64,000 nt of DNA from Takakia lepidozioides (lineage: Eukaryota; Plantae; Bryophyta): positions 53,816,001 to 53,880,000 of the forward strand of contig CM060734.1 in the NCBI GenBank assembly GCA_030704615.1. The letters run 5' to 3'. Below the pieces are notes generated by a model that was given only the letters and a program-made list of their open reading frames with translations, did no database searches and was not told the DNA's origin. Positions 13,311-26,640 of the stretch are shown here, piece by piece. How positions within the stretch are numbered: the first letter of the stretch is position 1; each line of letters opens with the position of its first letter. Both the position numbers and the translations under genes were made by a program.

Positions 13311-14329
13311 CCCACCTGTGTTATTTTCACCTACCCAGGTTCTCCACAGAATTGAAATTCTGCTTTGGAGTTTGTAGTTTTCACCAGTGTTTCTCTCTGG
13401 TGCCCTACGTGAGGATCTCTATGGCACTGTTGCAACTACAAACAGTATCACAGGTACCCACTGAATAGTGAGTGCCTGTTTTTTGGAGGTTTGCAAAGCA
13501 TCATCAGCAGGTAGCTATTCAGGCCAGAAATCTGTTGCTGTGAATCTTTACTTGTGCAAGTAGACTGCTCCCAGTCTATTGATTTTGCTGTTCAATTCTC
13601 CAGACTTAGTGTTTTAGGGGGTACCTTTTTTCCTTTTCTGGTTTTCAAAACAGAAAATATTTGGTTTGACCTAACAAATTCAGTGGTGGGTTTGATCTTA
13701 ACTGCCTGTTTTTTCTAGCCATCATAAATCTGTGGTACAAAAGCCAGGTTTTCCATGATTAGACATAGGGTGCTTTGGTGTTTTAAGGGGAGTTGAAATT
13801 GGTCTGCATAGCTTGGAACTTCAAATTCGCAGCATGCCTCATTTCTGAAAGTCCAATCTTGTCTTTGGTGACATCCAGTGGGTTAACTGAGGCTACTCAC
13901 TAAGTCAGATTTATGCAGCATGGTCATGGCTTCCAAACACTTGCTGCACGTGTTGCTACTATGCATGTCTGCAAATTCCCGACTCAGGTATGTATATTAA
14001 TCCTTCCCTTTCGAAATTGGTCCTTAATGATCCTTGTGTGTGTTTTCTTTCATATGTGTTACCTGCCTGGAATGAGTGATGGATTGTATAGTGGGCTGAA
14101 ATGTTTGGCCCTCTCTTGTATTGACCATGTCTGCCCATGTCATGTCTGGGTGTTTGCTAATTTGGCCTCTCAAATAGTTTTGTATGTTTAGGAGTTCAAT
14201 TTTTTTTTAGGATGTGTAACGGTTATCGAATGAACGTATCTGTGCAGGTCTGGGCCCGGCATGGCAGGGCTGCCACAAGAAACCTACATGGGTAGATGGT
14301 CAACTAAAGGCAGAAGCTGCAGCGACATG

Positions 14330-14718
14330 GTACCCTCAATGATGTAGTGAGTAGTGATATAGTCATAAGTGTAGTCAAAAGGTACAGTCGTGTAGTCATA
14401 TACATCTGGGGGGTCATGCGTTGCATGGAGAGACCTCTCCATGTTGGCGCTCATCTGTAGTGACATAGTCGTAAGTGTAGTCATGACACGTAGCCTTGTA
14501 GTCGTATAGTTATGACTACAACACTACACCCCACATCACTCTGAGTCGTTGGCAGGTGCCACGTCTGCAGTGACGACCATCACTTCACACTTATCACTCC
14601 GCAGTGATGGTAGAATTGATTTCGTGTTTGTCACTGCAGAGTGATGTAGTCATAATCGCACTTATCACTGCAAATGTAGTGATATTTGCAGTCATAAAAA
14701 CGATAATCTGTACTAGTG
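14330..14718. mobile_element. CACTA terminus (CACTAGT type)
   Basis: Ends ATCTGTACTAGTG; GTAGTCAT-like subterminal repeats; similar to 7300-7500. Confidence 0.65.
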
Positions 14719-16715
14719 TCGGGTTTTGCACATAGAAGTGCCCGACGGACGTTCAAAACCCGATCATGACATCATGTTTTGGTCGGGTTTGACCATAGGG
14801 AAGGACGCCCTTATCCTGGTTCGCAAACCTTAAGAAAACGCAGATAGTGGCACAGAAGACAAACAAAACGCGAAGTCCCGTGTACATCGAACGTGCCCCC
14901 GCAACCCTAACAAGCAACGTTTTGTAATTTTATAACTTTTTGTCTTAAGTTTGAGTCAGGTGTGAGGTACCCTTGCTGTAGGAAAAACCAGTTTATCTAC
15001 TAATGAATTTTATAGTTGTTTTGTTTACTGATATTTACCAACATACAACCATTTCACAAGTTTCGTGCCAATCTAGTCAAATTACAGTTAGCATTTTCAC
15101 TGGTATTTTCTAAAATTATTTTATAATTGAAATCATATTATTGTCAATTACACATGTCATTCTCTATATGAATGTGTTAGTACTAGATACCACACAGTCA
15201 AAAACTTCACTACAGTAGTGAAATTTTTAACTATTACATATTGAGGTTACTGTCTTAGCAGCAATTCTTGACTATATAGTGAAACTAATAGTGAAATGTG
15301 TCAATAGTGAGAATGATAGTGAAACGTCCATGGTTGGAAATCCCATGGGGGTGTTGTAGTGATATACTTATTGCTCCTCCTTTGGCTGTGAGGGCACAGT
15401 CATCAGAAGGATTTGTAGCGAGCCGTGGTGCGATGCTCAATTGTTTGCGCGAAGGGTTGGGATTCTCGTTTCCTCGCATGCAAGTTTTGGGGTAAAGCAA
15501 GCATATAGGAATAATGCCCCCCAAGTTTGCGTGGGCCCTATCCATTAGAGGATGGTCCAAAATTAAAAAGGGGGGATATATAGTAAGCTACACAAGGATT
15601 TGAAGAAACAACCATTGTGTAAGGGGGTAAGAAAAAAGACAGTAGGAAGGCGACAGCTATTAAATAGGGGATGGTCAGGCGCCAAATCGGGGTAAGCGAA
15701 TGTGGTGTGAAAAAGGGGGCTACATAAAACACCCAAACATTACCAATTACCATCTGACATTCATATTCCGCACTTGCTGCCCCACAGCGGAAGAGAAAAG
15801 GAAGTCGTCGATTAGAGGCGAGCTCAGTGATTGCATGTGTCAGGGTTTCACCGCATTTCAGCAGCAGCATCACTTCCGGGTAAATTGCCCGTGGGTCCCA
15901 TCAATTACTAGCACCAAGTATCACCACTCCAGTCTCCAATATCACAAGGCCACTGGCTAGTAAAGCCCAAACTACTCTCACATTTCTTCTTTTTCCCCTC
16001 TCTCTCGGTAATTTTTCTCCTTCCCCCGGTGCTTATTCATTCAAGATAGCTCCAGGGTAGGACCAGCACTCCAACGTATCCACCGTAGCACATTTAATGT
16101 GCAGCTTTGAACATCACCGGAATATGAGCAGTGGCTGCTGCATAAGCATGGAGGAGTTGCCCTAGACCACCAACTTGTAGGAAACGGCCCACAGCAGCCC
16201 TATCACATGACTTACGAAGAAAGGCTAACTACTACACAGAAATGCCTAATTGCGCATCAATTACGAGCTCAAACCAGAGTATCCATGCCCAATGCCATAA
16301 GGCAGCATGAGTTACAACAGCAGGAGTCCACAATTCCTAAAACGAGAGTATCACTCCAAAATCAAGCATCATCTCCCCTCTCAATTCTCCAGCCCTCTCA
16401 TCATCTCAACCTGTCTCTCCTTCAGCCCAACTCCCACTCATCTCTATCTCCAAAGCCAAAATGGCAACACGAAAAAAACCCTTTGTTCTATGCAGCCACT
16501 GGCTAATTAGTATCCGAGTCCTATCGCGCTCATCAAAGATCGCCGCCCAAGGCCGCTGCCCACCGGCAATATTCAAGAATTGCTCAGAGCTGCCATACCC
16601 CATTTTTGACACACAAACAGGATGCGACTCACAAGCTCTAAATATTAACCGCCAACTATAAAGAAAGCCCGGCTGATAATAGAAAAAGTTATACCCGCCC
16701 AACACTTGTTAGTAC

Positions 16716-17371
16716 CAATGTTGTACTGGTATGTCCATTTTGGCATACCAGGTCCTAGTAAGTCCAACTTGGCTGTTGGGTTCAACTGACAGGGCCTAGT
16801 GTAGATCAGGACTGGCCAAGTTAGGTTATAGGATGGGTATTGGTATTTCCAATTTTGAGATACCTGCTCCTAGGCATTGGTATGGCAAAAACTCAAATGA
16901 TATAGTGGGGCAGCAGGTACAATGGTATGGTATACCCCAACATTCATCATACTCCATTCAAAGCACTGCCAACTGAGGGCAACATACAAAAAAGCAAAAA
17001 CAATAATTGCAATCACAAAGCTGATATGCTGAATCTTTTGCGCCCCCCCCCCCCCCCCCCCCACATCAAAGATCCAACCTCAAGAATGAAACCCCTCCCA
17101 TAGCAAATACAACATGGCGCACCCTAACGCCATAACTGCTACCCCTCCCATCGCGAAACACTCCCCCCTAAGTACTGTTTGCAATCGCAGTATTGCTCTG
17201 CAAGCTACTGTGACTGATATCAGTTCGGGTATGTCTGAAACCCTAAACCCTAAGTTCTACACACTCCTAGGGTATCGGCTGCATGACACACCAGCCGGGT
17301 TGGTTCTGGCATACCCTTCCTTATACCCTTGCACATACCCCGCCTGACTGGCACATACCCGTACAACACTG
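16716..17371. mobile_element. Non-autonomous hAT element (MITE-like)
   Basis: TIRs CAATGTTGTACTGGTATGT / CAGTGTTGTACGGGTATGT; perfect 8-bp TSD GTTAGTAC at 16708-16715 and 17372-17379. Confidence 0.85.
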
Positions 17372-18598
17372 GTTAGTACCTATTTTAGTGGGCTTTGCAC
17401 GCGCAGGGCCTGCAAACATGAACCATAGATGTATTAATTAATAGAACAACTGGCTGAGATGAATCAAGCCCCCTAGGGATAAAACTGCACGTTTGTGTTC
17501 AAAATAGTTGATGGTTCTTATGCGCTAAAGGAGTGAGTGGTGACTGAAGCACTGTGGATGATGAGAAAGAAGGGTAGCTAGACACCAACCGAGGTGGCGC
17601 CGCTGACTGTTTTAGACCAAAACATATTGTAGACCATGAGAGACCAAGAGAATGCAACGTGGAGATGTACAGCAGTAAATACCGTGGACTGTGTGAGAGA
17701 ATTAGTAACGGGATTGGTCACTTACCCAACGAGTGAATCTGATCATGGGTTATATGAACGTCATGTATTATGAAGCAATGAGAGAAGTGGAAACAGTAGA
17801 TTTGCATGCGATGTGTCACCTGTCTTTGCGTAGTCATTGCATAGCGTGAACGCTGTAAGTTGTGAGCAAGGTTAAGACAGATCTCAGTGTACTGAATATG
17901 TAGAAATAGCTCAGAAATGACGGCCTTGAGAGTGCATGACAGACTAGTTTAGAACATGATTGAAATCAACCACTAAGGTGTAATGAGCGCAAGCATCTAG
18001 CAACGGCGAACTGTGAATCGTCACTGTGGGCACAGATTGGTAGAATACAGAGTTGTGAGGACTGCCTGCAGTGAAATGTAGGGAAGCGTTGATCAGATTA
18101 ACACCGTTGAACATGGTGTAGCTCAGTGGGGGATGGCAATGTGCAGGTGCTTGGACGCGTGGCCTACACAGGATGGTATCTCGCACAATCATGCACAAAC
18201 GAACAGCGAGTCACTTAGGGAATGAAGCATCTGTTAGGTGAAAGTCGGGTGTGACCGCCCACATCGTTTTCTCTTCCGCTGCAGCGGCATGATGCGGTCG
18301 CATTGGACTGACAGGGTGAGTGGCCCTGTTTAGTTCTCGTGGTGGGAAGAGTAGAGACCCCCAATTTGACCTTATAAGATCAACTTTGAGAACTCTGGGG
18401 ATTCTCAATTCATCACTAGCCTTCCATCCAAAACACTAGGGTAAGTTGGCCTATGACAGAACAGGCGTCTATAACCAATCCTCTATGACTCAACAGTACA
18501 TCATGGTCAATACTCTCAGGAAATGGTGGATGATCTGAGTAGCTACAAAGATCAATGAATGAAGCAAGACACTCGCATCATTCCAACAAAACATCCTT

Positions 18599-21500
18599 TC
18601 ACCAGTAATCCCCACAAGAACAAATCCCATCTTCAAAGTGGTGAAAGCGGTTAGCGTCCCGTACAACAATTGCTCGGCCAACAATCTTTGAGATGAATTT
18701 GGTGGAGGTGTGGCAGTCACCACACACTCGAAGATTCTTGATGAGACGCAGAGGTGTCCTAGGGGTCGTGCTGATCAGCCCAAAACCAATGGCCAGCTTC
18801 TCACTGTGGTGGCAAAGAGAAAATTCCTTTTCCTCCTCCCCCACATCATGCAATACAAAGCGCGTGTCAGGCACATACCCCGCCTCCTTCATCTGCCCAG
18901 ACAATCTTCTCAGCTCAGCATGGATTTCCTTAATTCTGGGATGCAACTTGTCATCTACAACGAAGGTGTGCACCCTGTTGCCAACCTCAATGCAGCAGTG
19001 ACCTGGCTCCTTTCTAACCCCTCTGACCTTCATCATTCTTCTCACCTTTGCAGTATCATCCCACCTGCCAGCTGCAGCATAGATGTTTGAGAGCAACACA
19101 TAAGTCGCGGCATCCTGTTCATCCCGCTTGAGGATAGATGTTGCCGCACGTTCAGCCATCTCCACATTGCCATGGATTCTGCAGGCACCAAGCAAGGCCT
19201 TCCACACCACAACATCTGGATTGATTGGCATTTTATTAATCAGATCCACTGCCTCATCCAGTTGTCCCGCACGTCCAAGAAGGTCCACCATGCAGCCTAA
19301 GTGCTTTACTGTCGGAGTGAGACCATGATCTTGACTCAGGGAATCAAAGTAGTGTCTTCCTTCATTCAGTAGGCCAGCATGGCTGCATGCAGAGAGAACA
19401 CATATAAACGTGATACTGTCCGGCTTCAAGCCATTCTTTTGCATTCCTTCAAATAGTTGCACAACCTCCCTATGACAACCATGCTGGGCATATCCTGCGA
19501 TCATCGCGTTCCACGACACCACATTTCGTTCAGCCATATTGTCAAATACTCCCTTTGCATCCTCAATGCACCCACATTTCGCATACATGTCCACCAGGGC
19601 AGTGTCCAGAATGACATTTGGTCCAATTCCCGCTTTCATGATGTCACCATGCACCTCTTTGCCCTTTTCCAGGGCTGCCAGGCTTGCACAAGCATTGCAA
19701 ACGCACACAAACGTGATGTGGTTGGGCTTCACCCCTTCCCCCATCATTTGCTCATAGGTGTCCAAAGCCTCCATCCCGCGCCCCTGCTGTGCATATCCTG
19801 CAACCATCGCACTCCACGACACCACATTTCGTTCAGCCATATTGTCAAATACTCCCTTTGCATCCTCAATGCACCCACATTTCGCATACATGTCCAACAG
19901 GGCAGTGTCCAGAATGACATTTGGTACAATTCCAGCTTTGATGATGTCACCATGCACCTCTTTGCCCTTTTCCAGGGCTGCCAGGCTTGCACAAGCATTG
20001 CAAACACACACAAACGTGATGTGGTTGGGCTTCACCCCTTCCCCCATCATTTGCTCATAGGTCTCCAAAGCCTCCATCCCGCGCCCCTGCTGTGAATATC
20101 CTGCAATCATCGCACTCCACGACACCACATTTCGTTCAGCCATGTTGTCAAATATTCCCTTTGCATCCTCAATGCACCCACATTTCGCATACATGTCCAC
20201 CAGGGCAGTGTCCAGAATGACATTTGGTACAATTCCAGCTTTGATGATGTCACTATGCACCTCTTTGCCCTTTTCCAGGGCTGCAAGGCTTGCACAAGCA
20301 TTGCAAACGCACACAAACGTGATGTGGTTGGGCTTCACCCCTTCCCCCATCATTTGATCATAGGTCTCCAAAGCCTCCATCCCCCGCCCCTGCTGTGCAT
20401 ATCCTGCAATCATCGCACTCCAAGACACCACATCTCGTTCAGGCATACTGTTGAACACTCCCTCCGCATCCTCGATGCACCCACATTTGGCATACATGTC
20501 CACGAGGGTATTGTTCAGAATCACATCTGGTACAATTCCAGCTTTGGCGATGCAACCATGCACCTCTTTGCCCTTTTCCAGGGCTGCCAGGCTTGCACAC
20601 GCACTGCAAACGCACACAAACGTGATGTGGTCGGGCTTCACCCCTTCCCCCATCATTTGCTGATAGGTCTCCAAAGCCTCCATCCCCCGCCCCTGCTGTG
20701 CATACCCTGCAAGCATCGCGTTCCACGACGCCACATTTCGTTCAGCCATATTGTTGAACACTCCCTCCGCATCCTCGATGCACCCACATTTGGCATACAT
20801 GTCCACGAGGGTATTGTTCAGAATCACATCAGGTACAATTCCAGCTTTGGCGATGCAACCATGCACCTCTTTGCCCTTTTCCAGGGTTGCCAGGCTGGCA
20901 CACGCACTGCAAACGCACACAAACGTGATGTGGTCGGGCTTCACCCCTTGCCCCATCATCTGCTCATAGGTCTCCAAAGCTTCCATCCCGCGCCCCTGCT
21001 GTGTATACCCTGCAAGCATCGCGTTCCACGACACCACATTTCGTTCAGCCATATTGTTGAACACTCCCTTCGCATCCTCCATGCTCCCACATTTGGCATA
21101 CATGTCCACCAGGGCAGTGTTCAGGATGACATTTCGTACAATTCCAGCTTTGACGATGTCACCATGCACCTCTTTGCCCTTTTCCAGGGCTGCCAGGCTC
21201 GCACATGCATTGCAAACGCACACAAATGTGATGTGGTTGGGCTTCACCCCTTCCCCCATCATTTGCTCATAGGTCTCCAAAGCCTCCATCCCGCGCCCCT
21301 GCTGTGCATATCCTGCAATCATCGCACTCCACGACACCACATCTCGTTCAGCCATAGTGTCGAACACTCCCTTCGCATCCTCGATGCTCCCACATTTGGC
21401 ATACATGTCCACCAGGGCAGTGTTCAGAATGACATCTGGTACAATTCCAGATTTGACGATGTCACCATGGACCTCTTTGCCCTTTTCCAGAGCTGCCAGG

Positions 21501-23736
21501 CTTGCACACGCATTGCAAATGCAGAGAAACGTGACATGGTTGGGCTTCACCCCTTCGCACATCATTTGCTCATAGGTCTCCAAAGCCTCAATCCCGTGCC
21601 CTTGCTGTGCATATCCTGCAATCATCACACTCCACGACACCACATCTCGTTCAGCCATAGTGTCGAACACTCCCTTTGCATCCTCAATGCACCCACATTT
21701 GGCATACATGTCCACCAGGGTATTGTTCAGAATGACATTTGGTACAATTCCAGCTCTGACGATGTCGCCATGGACCTCTTTGCCCTTTTCCAGAGCTGCC
21801 AGGCTTGCACACGCATTGCAAACGCACACAAACGTGATGTGGTTGGGCTTCACCCCTTCGCACCTCATTTGCTCGTAGGTCTCCAAAGCCTCCATCCCGC
21901 GCCCTTGCTGTGCATATCCTGCAATCATCGCACTCCACGACACCACATCTCGTTCAGCCATAGTGTCGAACACTCCCTTTGCATCCTCGATGCACCCACA
22001 TTTGGCATACATGTCCACCAGGGCAGTGTTCAGAATGACATCTGGTACAATTCCAGCTTTGACGATGTCACCATGGACCTCTTTCCCCTTTTCCAGGGCT
22101 CCCAGGCTTGCACACGCATTACAAACACAAACAAACGTGATGTGGTTGGGCTTCACCCATTCACGCATCATTTGCTCATAGGTCTCCAAAGCATTCCTAC
22201 CACATCCATGCTTGGTAAATCCTGCCAACATTATATTCCACGTGATCAAAGATCGTTGAGGCATTCTGATGAACACTTGGTGAGCATCCATGATGCTCCC
22301 GCACTTCACATACATGTTGACAAGAGTGTTCAGCAGAAAAACATTTGGCGTGAATCCACTTTGGATAATGTGAGTGTGCACCTGCTTTCCAGCTTCCAGG
22401 CCTTTCATCTTGATGCACTTATGCAAGAGACAGACATACGTATCTGAATCTGCTGAAATGCCTCCTTGGGTTAAGGTCTGTAGAGCCTCTTTCAGTCTGC
22501 CTGCCTCACAAAGCATCTTCACATGCCCAGAAGTGCCAGAAGAGGCATTGTGGACTCCCTCTCTTGATCCTCTTCCAGAAGCTGTGCTCATGGTTGAGGT
22601 GCCTGATTTTATCAACTGTGCCGCTGCAGCTGCTGCCTTTAGTTGACCATCTACCCATGCAGGTTTCTTGTAGCTATTGATCCACAGGGAATCATAGGTA
22701 ATCTTGTGCTTGAAATCTGGCCCTCTTGGATGAATCTGGACCCACACTCTATCCCTGCTCCTTCAGCTATCAATGCTTCTAGCCATCTAGCAGCTGACAA
22801 TGACAGCCTAGATTTGTTCTAGGAAACACCCAACTCAGCTTATCACACTAGTTCCTATGCTGAATTGCGTCTGCTACTCTCTGTAATCTAACAGGCATTC
22901 ACCTTTTGGCCTCGGTTGTCCCACCATTGACTGGGGTCAGAAAAGTATTCATTCCACAGCTTCTCCTCATCTCTGTTACCTGTTTTTCGATACTTTCCTG
23001 TTGTCACATTGGCAGTATCATGTCAAAGTCACTCCAAACTAGATTCACTCAACCAGTTAACTTGCAGAATTCAACATGTACATTTAGGGCCAGTTCTGAT
23101 AAGAGGGAAAACAGGGTGAAAAGTGTTGAAGAAGGTGCCTTCATTAGTAGTGCCAGATGTTATCAATTGTGCCGCTGCTGCTGCGGCTTCCAGCTGACCA
23201 TCTACCCATGCAGGTTTCTTGTAGCTATCCTTCCACAGGGAATCATAGGTAATCTGGAGCTTGACATCCGGCCCTCTTGGATGAAACTGGACCCACACTC
23301 TATCCCTGCTCCTTCAGCTATCCATGCCTCTGCACAAATCATGCATACATCCTTGCCTTGCTGCTAGCAACTGACAATGACAGCCTAGGATTCTTCCAGC
23401 AAACACCCCAACCATACTTATCACACTGCTGACTTGCGTCTGCTTCCAACAGGCATTCACCTTTTTGTCTCCATTGTCCCACCATTGACTGGGGTCGGAA
23501 AAGTGTTCATTCCAAAGCTTCTCCTCATCTCTGTTATCTGTTTTTGGATACTTTCCTGCTGCCACATCGGCAGTAACTTGTCAAAGTCACTCCAAACCAC
23601 CACAGATTCACCCAACGAGCTAACTTACAGAATTCAATATGCAAATTCAGGGCCGAGTCTGATGAGAGGGCAAAACAGGCTGAAATAGGTCGAAGAAGAA
23701 GGTGCCCTCACCACATTGTCCTTGACCTTGGGTCAT
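18599..23736 (-). CDS. PLS-class PPR-E-DYW C-to-U RNA editing factor with predicted N-terminal PDF (OSB-type) motifs; model complement(join 23706-23736, 23461-23555, 23139-23286, 22903-22997, 18599-22735)
   Basis: Uninterrupted 4.1-kb exon: L-S, nine 101-aa P-L-S triplets, P2-L2-S2, E1/E2, PG box KEPGHCCIEV, HHSEKLA, CGDCH, terminal DYW. Upstream exons join in phase via two GT-AG and two GC-AG introns and rebuild LW..FSDPSQWWDN..K-xHPRGPDFKHK.T..SLW. The main exon is secure; the 5' exons and start codon are predicted. Confidence 0.9.
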
Positions 23737-24100
23737 GACCCATGGAGGATTTGACCGACCATCAACCCAAAAGGACCTCTTGTGTGTGCTGCTTGTGTCC
23801 GTAGTCAGGTTATGTCGGATTGGTCTGTGAGAACCGCCACGGTGCAGCTGAGCAGGCAGAGATTGAAACACGGCCTACTAAGACCAAGCTGACTCTCCCA
23901 AGAACCTTGTAAACATCAGGAAGAATACCAAATCATGGTACTAACAGGAGCCAAGAGCCCACATTTGCAGGATGGACAAACCTTCTTCATATCGTACATT
24001 AAGAAAAAGCCACACCTTGCGATTGCGGTTGTCCCACCATCGTGAAAGATCTTTAAAAAACTCATGCCAGCTCTGCTCCGTGCACCAAGGTAGAGGTTTG
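23737..24100 (-). pseudogene. Degenerate first PDF motif exons
   Basis: EQSWHEFFKDLSRWWDNRNRK followed by a GT donor at 24015; the next exon reads TNPT*PDYGHK then frameshifts to HKRSFWVDGRSNPPWV. Confidence 0.7.
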
Positions 24101-24699
24101 TGCTCGAAAATCCGACAGCATCAACATTTTGACAAGGTCCTTTACTGAGGGGTGCTAGTGAGCTTTCAACAACATCCATGCAACTTGTTTTGGGCTCCAT
24201 TGGGCTCTACACGATGAGGAACAACGAACATGTCCAGACTTACACAGATGCTAACCCAGCTTATGTTTGCAGTCTGGAGATTGTAGAGTGGTCTCTGAGA
24301 ACGACCAGGGACGAAGGCGTTGAGCTTTTACCCCGGGTCTTGGCATTTTAGTTTTTTTTTTAAAAATTAACAGGGGAATGTAGCCCAAATTATTCGGGTT
24401 CTCATTTTTGAATAATTGGGAGTTTAAGGCGCACATGTGCGCCAGGCAGCGGCCCCATGCACGGACGTGGGGCGCCCCCGCGATCACCCGGAGGGTCCGT
24501 TGTCTGTTGGCAGGTGGGGTCTGCTCGCTCACTGCTGGCAGATGGGGTCTGCTCGTTGCGCCCCAGCCCGCCCGGCGGGACTTAGAATTTGTTTGCGGGA
24601 AAACTCGCCCATCAAAAATTCGGGGGAAAATTAAAACCCCTGATTACACCATTAACAAGGCACACACACCATACCTCTCAGAGCGAGAGAAAGCTAAAA

Positions 24700-26640
24700 T
24701 CTGACTACCAAATACAAGTTCAATCCTACGAGATCTCTTTGAATGAAAGCATAGCCAAAGGAACTCAGGACAGCAACCCTACAATGCATCTACCTCGGCT
24801 AGGATCTGCATCATTAGAAGAATCCAGGAAGATACTACTTATCACTGAAGTCCACTGCCTAAAATGATGAGGAAGTCATGGCAAGAGGTTTGCCCAGGAT
24901 TCTGGGGGTACTAAACTAAGCTATCTACAATGAAGTCTTGAAGCACGGGTGGCTGGTTTCAAGTGCTTCTAGTTAATGTCCCCCTCATACTAACCGTGGA
25001 GTGGCATTCGGTGGTCCCGCCCGCATGGGGGAGGGATGTCATTCCATTCACCGAAGTCCTGTGAGGGGGAGTTGCAGACAAGACCTTGTTTGCCCCAGAT
25101 GGGAAGACGGCATGAATGGCTGTAACGTTCCTCGAGTTCCGTTTGATATCTGCACAAGTTTTGGACGAGCGTAGAGATAGTCGCATGTGAACGTTCTTTT
25201 GCAGCGCGCTTTCCACAAGTGCGAGAGGACGGATCCTCTGAGGGTCTCAAAAACAGGGCAGTTCAGAGATCTCCGTTTAGCGTTCTGATCATAGTTGAGA
25301 AGAATATCTAAGGAAGAGAGATGTATGTGATCCCAATGCTGGTAGAATAGTTTGACCAAGGGCCATACTCTGGCAGGGCCGGGCCTGGCAGAAAATGAGA
25401 CAATGCTCAATAGATTCCAAGATACCTACTGCACAGCAACCACAGAGGAGAGCATCCTGGAATTGTAACCACTCACCCACTTTTTTACTCTATTATCCAC
25501 CTGCCATAGAAATGTTGCAATCTTTGTTGGGCGAGTCTTAATCTAGACTGAGCCCCAGATAGATGACCAATTTTCACTTCGAAATCCATAGAGGTGCCAT
25601 CTGTTTTCCCATTTAGATTTCATACATTGAAAGCTAGAGAGCGCCTTGTATCCTGTATTGTAGTGTAGGTAAAGAAGGGATCTTCAGCCCTGGCGAATTT
25701 CCAAGACCATTCGTGGGGATCAAAGGCAAGCTCAGCCAGAGGCCTTCCCAGTATCCACACACACAGGTATTGTTGGCGAGCCATTCTATAAGTGGGCATT
25801 GAAGATCTGGTTTGGGGTCCAGATCAGGCTTTTCAGGCGGTGACCAGCAGCAAATTCTAATTGGTGTGAGGGGATGTTCACAAGGGAGCTAGAGAGAAGA
25901 GAGAGGGATAAGGAAGTGAGAAGGAAGTAGTGTGAATAATGAAGGGGAAGGCTATGTGATTTGAAGAAGTGGTGTCTTTAACAAAGAGAACAATCAATTG
26001 ACCATGGAGAATAGTCAGAAGCGCTAAGGTTGCAGATGGCCCAGCTCGGAGGATTGCCATCCATTGCGCAAGTAAGGTTTGAATAATTTCTGGATAGCCC
26101 TGCCTAGCCTTGGAGGAGCCTACTATTTGTGCAATAGAATCAACACTTCTGAGATCATTCTGCACCCAGATATTGTGAACTTGGCTTATACCCACACGGT
26201 CCCAGACATACCATCTTTTTGCTTGCTTTCTTTGTTGGGACATGGTTTGTTTGTGTTCAGAAAGCTGGCGAAGAACATCGTAAAAGGAGGACGGAGTTTT
26301 TTTCTCCAGAAACTGGCGCAACCTTCCCCATGCCTACCAAATGTTGGTCCAGAGCGTCGAACCAATATGCTTTAATTTGAAGCCCTGAGCTATCCAGCGA
26401 ACCGGGGGCATCCAAGTTGACTGTTTTAAAGGGGACGCCTGGGTGATGTTGTCTAACCAAAAACTTCCATATGCCCCCCTCTTGCCAAGGAACCTTGGAT
26501 CCACTTCCCCAACAGAGGTTTTCAGGGTCTAGGATACCAAGTTCACCCCGTTTTTTGGTAGGCAAATTTGAGCCAATGCTACATGAGGTCTTTTCTTGTG
26601 TGTTGAGTTCTCCGCCCCCAATATGAAGTACCAAGCGAAG
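24700..26640 (-). mobile_element. Degenerate LINE (L1-like) ORF2 3' portion
   Basis: LPTKKRGELGILD (PKxxGGLG-like) and zf-RVT-like CGCCAVGILESIEHCLIFC; many stops and frameshifts. Confidence 0.65.

Noticed and set aside
14720-18480. Short ORFs around the hAT element
   Set aside because: No recognisable motifs or supportable gene model.
18599-19030. U-to-C (DYW:KP) editing factor
   Set aside because: The domain has a PG box, HSEKLA and terminal DYW, typical of the C-to-U type.
20255-22447. 730-aa plus-strand ORF and similar antisense ORFs (34215-35501, 38481-39668)
   Set aside because: Antisense shadows of the repetitive PPR frame.
22736-22747. GTG start given in the ORF track
   Set aside because: It lies in a predicted intron just upstream of the CAG acceptor at 22736.
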